In this document: positions 10,712-18,670 of the stretch, one piece after another | How positions within the stretch are numbered: position 1 is the first letter of the stretch | Layout of the letters: the number at the start of each line of letters is the position of its first letter | Origin: an uncultured Gemmatimonadales bacterium | Lineage (GTDB): Bacteria > Gemmatimonadota > Gemmatimonadetes > Longimicrobiales > RSA9 | Assembly: GCA_963798845.1 (NCBI GenBank) | Contig: CAWCUS010000004.1 | Coordinates: 352,001 to 416,000 of the forward strand | Direction: 5' to 3' | DNA: 64,000 bases | The notes under the pieces: model-generated | What the model was told of the DNA's origin: nothing | The model's database searches: none | What the model saw: only the letters and a program-made list of their open reading frames with translations | Made by a program: the position numbers and the translations under genes

Positions 10712-10825
10712 CGAACCTCCCGTATCCGGTGCCGGGATCGCCCGGGATGTCGGCCCGTCCCGTGTGATTCTCGTCGTGGATCCCGCGGCGGGCGCGTCAA
10801 CGGCGGGGAGCCGCTATTCTGCGCC

Positions 10826-11434
10826 ATGCTCCAGTCCATCCTGTTCGCGGGAGGCTACGCCTTCGCGGCCGGGCTCCAGCCAGGGCCACTCCAGGCATTC
10901 CTGCTTTCCCGCACGTTCGCGACGGGGTGGAAGCGCACGCTGCCGGCGGCGCTGGCGCCACTGCTGAGCGACGGACCGATCGCGCTGGTGGTGCTGCTGG
11001 TGGTGGGCCAGCTCTCGCTGCGCGCCCAACAGGGGCTGCGCATGGCTGGCGGCGTCCTGCTCCTCTATCTCGCATGGACGGCGTTTCGGCAGACACGCAA
11101 CGATGCCAGGCCGGACGCTTCGGGCTCGGCACCGCGCACGCTCTTCCAGGCCGTGCTGGTGAACCTGCTCAACCCGAACGCCTACCTGGGCTGGGCGTTC
11201 ATCCTCGGACCCGCCCTGCTGACCGCGTGGCACCGACGACCCGCCGAAGGCATCGCCCTGCTGGTCACCTTCTACGGCGTGCTGGTCACGACGACGGCCG
11301 CGTTCGTCGTGCTCGCCGGCACCGCCCGCTTCCTGAGCCCGCGAGCGCGCCGTGCGCTGCTGCAAATCTCGGCGCTCGTGCTTGCCGGACTCGGGATCTA
11401 CCTGCTCATCGCGGGAGCGCTGTACTTCATCTAG
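10826..11434 (+). CDS. LysE/RhtB family exporter
   Basis: PGP near N-terminus, NLLNPNAY motif, multiple hydrophobic helices. Confidence 0.85.
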   Translation: MLQSILFAGGYAFAAGLQPGPLQAFLLSRTFATGWKRTLPAALAPLLSDGPIALVVLLVVGQLSLRAQQGLRMAGGVLLLYLAWTAFRQTRNDARPDASGSAPRTLFQAVLVNLLNPNAYLGWAFILGPALLTAWHRRPAEGIALLVTFYGVLVTTTAAFVVLAGTARFLSPRARRALLQISALVLAGLGIYLLIAGALYFI

Positions 11435-11449
11435 GGGTAGAGAAGACCC

Positions 11450-12403
11450 ATGGAAATTCGACGGCTCGGCAGCTCCGACATACGGATCACTCCCATCGGC
11501 CTCGGATGCTGGCAGTTCAGCGGGGGCGAGGGAATGGCCGGCCGCTACTGGCCCGCTCTCGATCGCGCCACCACCCGGGCCATCGTCGGGGCCGCGCTGG
11601 ACGGCGGCATCAACTGGTTCGACACCGCCGAGGCGTACGGCAACGGGAACAGCGAGCGGGCCCTGAGCGACGCGCTCCGGCACGCAGGCGTGGAGCCGGG
11701 GCAGGTCGAGGTGGCCACGAAATGGATGCCGTTCTTCAGGACCGCCGGCAGCGTCGGCCGCACCATCGACGAGCGGATCCGTTGCCTGAGCCCGTATCCC
11801 ATCGACCTCCACCAGGTGCACAATCCCCACGGCATCCTGTCCACGCAGCGCTCGGTCATGAACGCCATGGCCGACCTGGTCGACAGAGGGCTGGTCGGCG
11901 CGGTGGGCGTGAGCAACTACAGCGAGAAGAAGATGCGTCGGGCCCACCGCCACCTGGCCGAGCGCGGCATTCCCCTGGTCAGCAACCAGGTCAGCTACAG
12001 CCTCCTCGACCGCAGGATCGAGCGGAACGGCGTGCTCGAGGCCGCGAAGGAGCTCGGCATCACGATCGTCGCCTACTCCCCGCTGGCCCAGGGCATTCTC
12101 ACGGGCAAGTTCCACGAGAACCCCTCCCTCATCAAGGACCGGGGCGGGCCACGGCGCTGGCTCAGGGACTTTCGGAAGAAAGGGCTTGAGAAGAGCCGCC
12201 CGCTGATCGATGTGCTGCGGAGGGTCGCCCTGAAGTACGACGCCACGCCCGGACAGGTGGCGCTCCAGTGGCTCGTGCGCGCGCACTCGGACACGGTCGT
12301 GGCGATTCCGGGGGCGTCGACCGTGGAGCAGGCCGAGCAGAATGGTCGGTGTCTGGAGTTCGAGTTGACGGAGAGTGACATCGCGGAGATCGCGGCCAGG
12401 TGA
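11450..12403 (+). CDS. aldo/keto reductase
   Basis: GLGCWQ, FDTAEAYG, ATK, DLHQVH, VGVSN, AYSPLAQG, IPGA. Confidence 0.93.
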   Translation: MEIRRLGSSDIRITPIGLGCWQFSGGEGMAGRYWPALDRATTRAIVGAALDGGINWFDTAEAYGNGNSERALSDALRHAGVEPGQVEVATKWMPFFRTAGSVGRTIDERIRCLSPYPIDLHQVHNPHGILSTQRSVMNAMADLVDRGLVGAVGVSNYSEKKMRRAHRHLAERGIPLVSNQVSYSLLDRRIERNGVLEAAKELGITIVAYSPLAQGILTGKFHENPSLIKDRGGPRRWLRDFRKKGLEKSRPLIDVLRRVALKYDATPGQVALQWLVRAHSDTVVAIPGASTVEQAEQNGRCLEFELTESDIAEIAAR

Positions 12404-12535
12404 AGACGGCACATTGGGGGCCTTTGACAGGCGACGACCGGCGGGTCACGTTCTCTGGCATGGCGGCCTGCGGGCGCGCTGACGATGGTCCCCCGGCGGG
12501 TGCGCCTCCACGCACCTTCATCTGGGGAGGACTTC

Positions 12536-12748
12536 ATGCCCGAGAGCGTCTACAAGGTCATCGAGCTGGTCGGCACGAGCACCGAGTCGTGGGAGAAGGC
12601 CGCGGTCGCCGCGGTGGAGCGGGCGGCGCAGAGCCTGGAAGACCTGCGGATCGCCGAGGTGGTCGAGCAGGACCTCCAGATCGAGGGCGGAAAGGTGCGG
12701 GCCTACCGCGCCAAGGTGAAGGTGTCGTTCCGGTACAAGGGGGACTGA
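12536..12748 (+). CDS. dodecin family protein (flavin-binding)
   Basis: GGAGG RBS; VYKVIELVGTS..SWE..A..YRAKVKVSF. Confidence 0.92.
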   Translation: MPESVYKVIELVGTSTESWEKAAVAAVERAAQSLEDLRIAEVVEQDLQIEGGKVRAYRAKVKVSFRYKGD

Positions 12749-13009
12749 CGCCCGTGTAGGGGGGCGTCGCCTCAGGTCGGAAGCTGCGCCGTCAGCAGGT
12801 CCCGAAGGGAGGGAGTCATGCCTGACCGCGTGCGCGCGCATGACACGCTCGCCATCGCCGGGCTGCACCACGGCTTCTTCGAGGCGCTCCAGGGGAATCG
12901 GGCCACCGGCGGTCTGTTGATCGCCTCCATCGGCCCCGAACCACGTTCGGTGGCAGTACGGCACCGACGGGGCGTTCACGCCGCGCGGCCCGAATCTCCC
13001 TGAGCCGGT

Positions 13010-13085
13010 AGCGCGCGGCGTGGTGCGGGACCTCGACGCCGGTGTGCCCGTGTTCAACGTCCGCACCATGGACGACGCGCTGCCC
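13010..13085 (+). pseudogene. short remnant resembling the C-terminal half of a MacB/ADOP ABC permease
   Basis: ARGVVRDLDAGVPVFNVRTMDDAL aligns by eye with VRGAVREMDRGLPIASLQTMDQNM of the intact permease at 44553-47012. Confidence 0.5.
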
Positions 13086-13115
13086 GCATCCAGGCGGGCA
13101 CGCGGGAGAACAACC

Positions 13116-13145
13116 TTGTTGCGCCTCCGGGCTGGCAGATACAAT
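13116..13145 (+). promoter_or_regulatory. candidate sigma70 promoter of the RiPP operon
   Basis: TTGTTG-N18-TACAAT, ending 46 nt before the PqqD ATG. Confidence 0.4.
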
Positions 13146-13191
13146 GAAGCCGTTCTCCTCGCATGGCCACCCGAACCGGCACCGGCAGACG

Positions 13192-13461
13192 ATGGTAGAC
13201 CTGGAGCGACGCCCTCGCCCTCACGATCGGGTCGTGACGCAGGAGGTCGAGGACACCGTGGTCCTGCTGGACCCGACCAGCGGGGAGTACTTCTCGCTCT
13301 CCGACACCGGCCGGCGCGTCTGGCAGCTCTGCGACGGCACGAGGGCCGCGAGCGAGATCTGCGAGGCCCTGGCGCGAGAATACGATGCGCCCCTGCCGGT
13401 GATCCAGGAGGATGTCCTGCAGCTTCTTTCCGAGCTGATGGACGCGCGACTCCTGGTATAG
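13192..13461 (+). CDS. PqqD family RiPP recognition element (lasso B1-like)
   Basis: 89 aa; VVLLDPTSGEYFSLSDTGRRVWQLCDG..ICEALAREYD..DVLQLLSELMDARLL. Confidence 0.92.
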   Translation: MVDLERRPRPHDRVVTQEVEDTVVLLDPTSGEYFSLSDTGRRVWQLCDGTRAASEICEALAREYDAPLPVIQEDVLQLLSELMDARLLV

Positions 13462-13468
13462 GGACCCG

Positions 13469-13945
13469 ATGCGGGCAGGCGTCGCACCGCGCCGTCTGAG
13501 GGCGGCCGCTCTGTCGGCCCGGGTCATGGCCGTCGCTACGGCCGTGCCCCTGCTCATGCGCCTCCCGCTTCCCCGGCTGGCTCGCCTGCTGGACCGGGCG
13601 ACCCGCCGTTCAGCGCCCTCCGAAGATCCGGAGCGCTCAGCCGGGCGCATCGCGGAGTGTTACGACCATCTTGCCGCCAACGGCTTCGTTCTCCGGCCCG
13701 GCTGCGTCACACGCGGCCTCACCCTCTTCTTCTTTCTGCGCCGCGCCGGCCTGGACGTCCAGCTCGTGTTCGGGATCGGTCGACCCAGGGGGGAGATGGT
13801 CGGGCACTGCTGGCTGGAACGAGCTGGAGCACCGTATCTCGAGCGCCGTGATCCGCGCCCACTTTACGCGGAGACCTACCGCCTTCCGTTGTCGGCGCCA
13901 CGACCGCCACAACCGATGCGGCCCCGGGCGCCGGGGGTGGAATGA
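13469..13945 (+). CDS. lasso peptide B2-like leader peptidase (transglutaminase-like Cys protease)
   Basis: GCVTRGLTL..LRRAG..LVFGIG..GHCWLE signature; directly follows PqqD. Confidence 0.88.
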   Translation: MRAGVAPRRLRAAALSARVMAVATAVPLLMRLPLPRLARLLDRATRRSAPSEDPERSAGRIAECYDHLAANGFVLRPGCVTRGLTLFFFLRRAGLDVQLVFGIGRPRGEMVGHCWLERAGAPYLERRDPRPLYAETYRLPLSAPRPPQPMRPRAPGVE

Positions 13946-14919
13946 CCCACTGCTACGGTCTGGCGGATGTCTCGTTCTCGGTGCAGGCCGATTCCGCCGA
14001 AGTCGTCGAGCTGCTGGACAGGCGGCTGAGGATCCTGCGGGCGAAGGGCGACGCCGGCCCCGCTCTGGTGCTGCGCTTGTCTCCGACCGTCCCGCCTCTG
14101 GCGGATCCGACGGGAGCTCTGGACGACCTGCGGACGGTGTACGACCCGCCGGCCGGGGAGGTGCTGTATTCGGAATCTTCCGATCTCCTCGTCCTGCGCC
14201 AGTCCGGCAGGGACCGGGGGTGGAGCGCGCCCCGGCGCCGCTGCGCGTGGATCGACCCGGGCGACGACGCCGGCAGCCGGTGGCGGGCGACCCATCCACT
14301 TGCGACGCTCTGCCTGTCCGAGCTCCTACGTTCGCAGGGCCTCTTCCCGGTCCACGCCGCCGCGCTGTCCCTCGACGGGAGAGGACTGCTGGTCGCAGGG
14401 AGAAGCGGCTCAGGGAAATCGACCCTCGCGCTCGCGCTCCTGAGGGCCGGGTTCGGTTTCCTCGGAGATGATACGTGCTTCGTCCGTGCCGAGCCCGGGG
14501 GCATGACGGTCTACGCGTTTCCGGACGAGATCGACGTGGCGGACGCCACCGTCCGCATGTTTCCGGAGCTCGAGCCCCTTCTGGAACGCCCCCGCCGCCC
14601 CGGTGCCGCCAAGCGCCCCCTTCTGCCGGAGGAGGTGTATCCGGTCGACTTCGTCCTTCACTGCCGCCCGGACATCCTGCTGTTCCCGGTGAGGGAGAGG
14701 GGGACCAGCCGACTGGAGCCGATGAGCGCGACAGCCGCCCTGCTGGAGCTGGCGCCCGGCATCCTGCTCACGCACCGGACCCGGGCGCAGGCCCACCTCG
14801 ACGCCCTCGGCACGCTCGTCGCCGGGAGCCGGTGCTTCCGGCTGTTCGCCGGGCAGGACTTCGAAGCGTTGCCGGAGCGGCTGGCCGGGCTCCTGGACCG
14901 GGAGCGAAAGGAACCATGA
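13942..14919 (+). CDS. HPr kinase-related P-loop kinase
   Basis: HAAAL..GLLVAGRSGSGKSTL..FLGDD; ATGA overlap with B2. Confidence 0.85.
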   Translation: MTHCYGLADVSFSVQADSAEVVELLDRRLRILRAKGDAGPALVLRLSPTVPPLADPTGALDDLRTVYDPPAGEVLYSESSDLLVLRQSGRDRGWSAPRRRCAWIDPGDDAGSRWRATHPLATLCLSELLRSQGLFPVHAAALSLDGRGLLVAGRSGSGKSTLALALLRAGFGFLGDDTCFVRAEPGGMTVYAFPDEIDVADATVRMFPELEPLLERPRRPGAAKRPLLPEEVYPVDFVLHCRPDILLFPVRERGTSRLEPMSATAALLELAPGILLTHRTRAQAHLDALGTLVAGSRCFRLFAGQDFEALPERLAGLLDRERKEP

Positions 14920-16190
14920 TGAGCGCGTCGCCCGTCAGCAGCTTCTCGCCGGTTGGCGCCCTCCTGGACGTCCTCGCCTTCGCGCCCTCGGGGCGCTCGC
15001 GGCCGCCACGGTCGCCCCTCGAATGGAGGCTGCTGATCCGCGCGGCGGAGCGGACCGAGCTCGAGCCCATGCTGTACCATGCGCTCACGGCGTCCGGAGC
15101 CAAGCAGGAGAGGTCGGTGCCTGAGGAAGCGCGCGCACACCTCCAGGCATTGTACGGGCGGAGCGCCCTCCGCAACGGGTTGATTCTGAACGCGTTGCAG
15201 GAGGCGCTACGGGCTTTGGATGACGCGGGTGTCGACGTCGTGGTCCTCAAGGGCGCATACCTCGCAGGCGCCGTATACGATTCCCCCGCTCTCCGTCCCA
15301 TGAACGACGTGGACATCATGGTCCGCAGATCGTCCGTCGATCGGGCCGTCCGGACCCTGCGGGACACCGGCTGGGCAGAGAGGGAAGAGGCAGGAGGGAC
15401 CCGCAAGCACCACGTGCCGGCATTCGACGGCCCGGGTGGTACTCTTCTCGAGCTTCACTGGACGCTGGAGCTGCCGTCGGCCCCGTTCGTGCTGGATATC
15501 GAGGGCGTCTGGGACCGATCCGTCGCAACGTCCCTGGCCGGTGCGCCTGCCCGATGTCTGGCGGTAGAAGATCTCCTGCTGCACCTGAGCCTGCACGCCG
15601 GCTATCACCACCGCTGGGGCGAGACGGTGCTCACGGAGCTCCCGCTCCGCTGGGTGTTCGACGTCGCGCTGGTCCTGGACCGGCTCGGCCCCACCATCGA
15701 CTGGCCTCGGCTCAGCCACCGGGCTCGCGCCTGGCGCGCATCCAGCTTCCTGTACTGCGCGATCTCCCTCGCCGCGGCGTTGTTCTCGGTATCCACGGCG
15801 GAGGGCGCGCTCGATGGGATCGACCACACGCCCGAGGACGAGCGGATCGTCGCCGTTCTCGAACGTCTGCTCGGCACGGACACCCGCGCCACGGCGCCTC
15901 ACGCGTTACGAGCCTGGCGGCGCAGCGACAGTGCGGGCGAAGGGGCGCGCGCCATCCTCCGCTCGATCTTCCCGCGCCCCGGCCGGATCGCCCAGATGTA
16001 CGGTCTGCCACCGGGCAGCCGCCGGGTCTGGCTCCTCTATCCCGCACGCGTGGTCGACCTGATCGTGCGACGCGGCGCGAAAGCGTTCGGCCTGATCGTC
16101 CGGACCCCGCGCGGGCGGGAGCTCCTGGAGCGCGAATCCGCCAAGCGCATGGTGGCGCAGTGGGTCGACTCCGCCACCCCCCGTGACTGA
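14916..16190 (+). CDS. nucleotidyltransferase family protein (NTP_transf_5-like)
   Basis: VVLKGAYLA..Y..PALRPMNDVDIMV, LELHW, EDLLLHLSLH, DW motifs; ATGA overlap with kinase. Confidence 0.88.
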   Translation: MMSASPVSSFSPVGALLDVLAFAPSGRSRPPRSPLEWRLLIRAAERTELEPMLYHALTASGAKQERSVPEEARAHLQALYGRSALRNGLILNALQEALRALDDAGVDVVVLKGAYLAGAVYDSPALRPMNDVDIMVRRSSVDRAVRTLRDTGWAEREEAGGTRKHHVPAFDGPGGTLLELHWTLELPSAPFVLDIEGVWDRSVATSLAGAPARCLAVEDLLLHLSLHAGYHHRWGETVLTELPLRWVFDVALVLDRLGPTIDWPRLSHRARAWRASSFLYCAISLAAALFSVSTAEGALDGIDHTPEDERIVAVLERLLGTDTRATAPHALRAWRRSDSAGEGARAILRSIFPRPGRIAQMYGLPPGSRRVWLLYPARVVDLIVRRGAKAFGLIVRTPRGRELLERESAKRMVAQWVDSATPRD

Positions 16191-16192
16191 CC

Positions 16193-16295
16193 TGTCGGCG
16201 CCACGACATTGTTGCTTGCCTTCGACATGGAACGGGATCCGGAAGCACCTCGACCTCGTGCGCGGTGCGAGCCGCCCTCGGGAACAGGACTTGCG
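16193..16295 (+). promoter_or_regulatory. candidate sigma54 promoter with upstream palindromic enhancer for the precursor gene
   Basis: TGTCG-N6-CGACA palindrome at 16193-16208; GGGAACAGGACTTGCG (GG-N10-GC) at 16280-16295. Confidence 0.4.
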
Positions 16296-16345
16296 GCCAC
16301 CCCCTCGTCCACCTGCCGTCCGACCATCCACACGGGAGGCTGTCC

Positions 16346-16426
16346 ATGAGGACCCGCAAGCGGTACGTCAAGCCGCAGCTGCGTCGCCTGGGACTGCTCC
16401 GGCGCCTGACGCAGTTCACCTTCTAG
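16346..16426 (+). CDS. RiPP precursor peptide with lasso-type leader (MRTRKRYVKPQLRRLGLLRRLTQFTF)
   Basis: GGGAGG RBS 6 nt before ATG; YxxPxLxxxGxxxxxT motif; directly after the PqqD/B2 operon; too short for the ORF track. Confidence 0.88.
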   Translation: MRTRKRYVKPQLRRLGLLRRLTQFTF

Positions 16427-16447
16427 CGGTCCCTGCGATCCGCTCCA

Positions 16448-16487
16448 TTCAGCGCCCCCGGCAAATGGACCGGTCGGGGGCGCTGAA
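16448..16487. terminator. 13-bp inverted repeat, probable terminator/stabilising hairpin between convergent genes
   Basis: TTCAGCGCCCCCG (16448-16460) pairs with CGGGGGCGCTGAA (16475-16487). Confidence 0.65.
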
Positions 16488-16545
16488 CCATTCAGGCGAC
16501 GACGTTGCCGTCCTCCGCCCATTCCGGCGGCCGGGTGGTGGCCGC

Positions 16546-16938
16546 TCAGGTCCCGGACACGCGGGCGAAGCCGGCGTCGGGGTGCCGGTGAACGGAAACG
16601 GTGGCGTTGCCGAGGGCGCGGGCCTTGGCGTTGAGCCGCTCGACGACGTCATCGTCGACGTCGCCGAAGACGGAGATGGAGAGGATGTCGAGGAGGTCGC
16701 CGAATCTGCGGAACTCATCGTCGCCGACGGTCATGTGGTGGGCCAGGGCGGCGGAGTCCGGGTGCTCGCTGATGACCGTCATCTCGCGCCGCTGGTCGTC
16801 GACGAAGAAGCGGTAGGAGAGAACGTGGGGGTTGTTGGCACGGATGAAGGCGGACAGGCGCTCGATGGCCGGCCGGAGTTCGGGCAGCCGTCCCTGACGG
16901 ATGCGCGAGCGGTCGATGTAGAGTATGGGTGTGTTCAT
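16546..16938 (-). CDS. hypothetical protein, ABM/dimeric alpha-beta barrel-like
   Basis: RIRQGRLPEL..P.VLSYRFF..VISEHPDSAALAHH pattern; GAGG RBS. Confidence 0.65.
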   Translation of the reverse strand: MNTPILYIDRSRIRQGRLPELRPAIERLSAFIRANNPHVLSYRFFVDDQRREMTVISEHPDSAALAHHMTVGDDEFRRFGDLLDILSISVFGDVDDDVVERLNAKARALGNATVSVHRHPDAGFARVSGT

Positions 16939-16951
16939 GGCCGCATCCGCC

Positions 16952-18361
16952 TCAGGTGGGTGTGCGGGCGGCGGCCGCGGTGTCGGGCACGCCGCTCGGG
17001 TCGAAGAGCCGGGAGGCGAGGCGCTCGGCCTGTGCGCGGATCTCCGGCACGCCCAGCACTTCCCAGAGCAGCCCCTTCATGGTGGAGCCGAGCGTGAAGA
17101 GGACAGTCGAGGCGCGGCCGTCTCGGCTCACGACGGCGCCGCCAGGCCGGGCGTCCATCCCGATGCCGGCCGGGCCCGGGCGGATGAGGCCGCGCCGCAG
17201 GAGGTTGGGTACGAGGCCGTCTTCCACTCGCCGGTAATCGGTCTCCGGGCCGATGCAGTTGATCACCCGGGCAGCGAGCTCCCCCACTTCCCGTTCCTGG
17301 CCTCGCGGAGTGTAGCGAACGTCGAGCACGTCGCCCTTGTCCACCATGTCCCGAACGCGACCGGCCACGACCCGGAGGCGGCGCTGGTCCACCATTGCCT
17401 GGACCCGGGCCTGGCTCTCGGGAGGGATGCGGCTGCGGATGCGCTCCCAGTACCGGAACGCGTGGCGCAGGAACCGCCGCTTCTCCGCTTCCGGCAGACC
17501 GCCCCAGACCGACTGGGTGTCCGGCCGCAGTGAGTCGATCACGGCCCGGGGGTCGACGCCCGCCGCTTCGGCCCGGCGCACGTGTGTGCGGATGGTGCGG
17601 AGGACGCTGCGGACGCGGGTGGCGCCGTCGAGCTCGGCGAAGTACGACGGGTACTCGTCGCGCTGCGTCGGGTGCGGCAGCGGCAGGAGGCCTCGGCGGG
17701 AAATGGCCGTGATGCGTCCGGTGTGGCCGCGCCGCCCGAGCACGAGCGCGAGGTCGACCATGGTCTGTCCGGTCCCGATGAAGACCACGGGCTCGCCGGG
17801 GCCGACGTCGTCGAGCGTGCCCGGGTGCCATGGGTCGCGGGCGTAGCGCCCGCTCGCCAGGACGGCCGGGTCCCGGACCGGTGGATGGCGGGGCGGGAGG
17901 TTGCCGAGGGCGAGGACGACGCGGTCGGCCCGGACCTCGTCGCCCGTTTCGATCCGCAGCGTGGCGCCGCGGGTCCCGACTTCGAGATCGACGACTTCGG
18001 ACGAGGCCTCCTCCAGCTTCACCCCGCCGTCGCGCCGTTCGGCCGCTTCTCCGAGAAGCTCGAAGACGTACTCGCGAAGGAGGCGGCGGGGGAGGAAGTC
18101 ACCGGGCTCGGCCCGTCGTCCCCGGGCGGCGACCCAGCGCCGGAACGCATCCGGGTCGTCCGAGGTGGGGCCCATGAGCTCCGCCGGAACGTTGAGCAGG
18201 GGCTCGTCGGAGTCGCCCGAGTAGGCGGGCCCCATGGAGCCGGGCCGCCCGCGGTCGTAGAGGCGGATGTGAGTCCTGCGGCCGGGCGGCGCGAGTCGGA
18301 GCAGGTTCAGCGCGACGAGTCTGCCGGAGAGGCCTCCTCCGACAATGGCGATGCGGAGCAT
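16952..18361 (-). CDS. FAD/NAD(P)-binding protein (YdhS-like)
   Basis: IAIVGGGLSG, GPAYS..LLNVPA..M, IGTGQTMVD, SRRGLLP, VINCIGP. Confidence 0.85.
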   Translation of the reverse strand: MLRIAIVGGGLSGRLVALNLLRLAPPGRRTHIRLYDRGRPGSMGPAYSGDSDEPLLNVPAELMGPTSDDPDAFRRWVAARGRRAEPGDFLPRRLLREYVFELLGEAAERRDGGVKLEEASSEVVDLEVGTRGATLRIETGDEVRADRVVLALGNLPPRHPPVRDPAVLASGRYARDPWHPGTLDDVGPGEPVVFIGTGQTMVDLALVLGRRGHTGRITAISRRGLLPLPHPTQRDEYPSYFAELDGATRVRSVLRTIRTHVRRAEAAGVDPRAVIDSLRPDTQSVWGGLPEAEKRRFLRHAFRYWERIRSRIPPESQARVQAMVDQRRLRVVAGRVRDMVDKGDVLDVRYTPRGQEREVGELAARVINCIGPETDYRRVEDGLVPNLLRRGLIRPGPAGIGMDARPGGAVVSRDGRASTVLFTLGSTMKGLLWEVLGVPEIRAQAERLASRLFDPSGVPDTAAAARTPT

Positions 18362-18583
18362 GGGGTCGCCCCCGGGCTCGAGTCGTGGTGGCGGGTGGCT
18401 GCGGACCCGAAGTGTGTGGTCGGGGCGTGCGCGAGGTCAAGTGGCACGCCTGGCCGATCACCCCCCGACCGGTGCCGGAGTCCACGTCGCGGAGCGCCGA
18501 CGCCGCCGCGGCCCCGTGGATTCCGGCACGGCTCGCCCTTTTGGGGTCTTGACGCGCGCCGGGCGGGTGGCCGGAGCGGGCCA

Positions 18584-18613
18584 TTGACGCCGCGCGGACG
18601 ACGTCGTTAACCT
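18584..18613 (+). promoter_or_regulatory. candidate sigma70 promoter
   Basis: TTGACG-N18-TAACCT upstream of the glycosyltransferase. Confidence 0.45.
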
Positions 18614-18670
18614 TGCCGCGGCCGCAGGACCCTCCCCGCTGCTCAGAGCCAAGTCCCGGACGGTAAGGCC

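Noticed and set aside
13192..13461. PqqD as evidence of PQQ biosynthesis
   Set aside because: No pqqA/B/C/E; the neighbours are a B2 peptidase and a lasso-type leader peptide.
16424..16486. Stop-codon read-through or recoding giving a normal lasso core
   Set aside because: The extension has no Asp/Glu for a macrolactam and coincides with the hairpin.
18441..18460. TGGCACG as a sigma54 -24 element
   Set aside because: No GC at the required -12 spacing.
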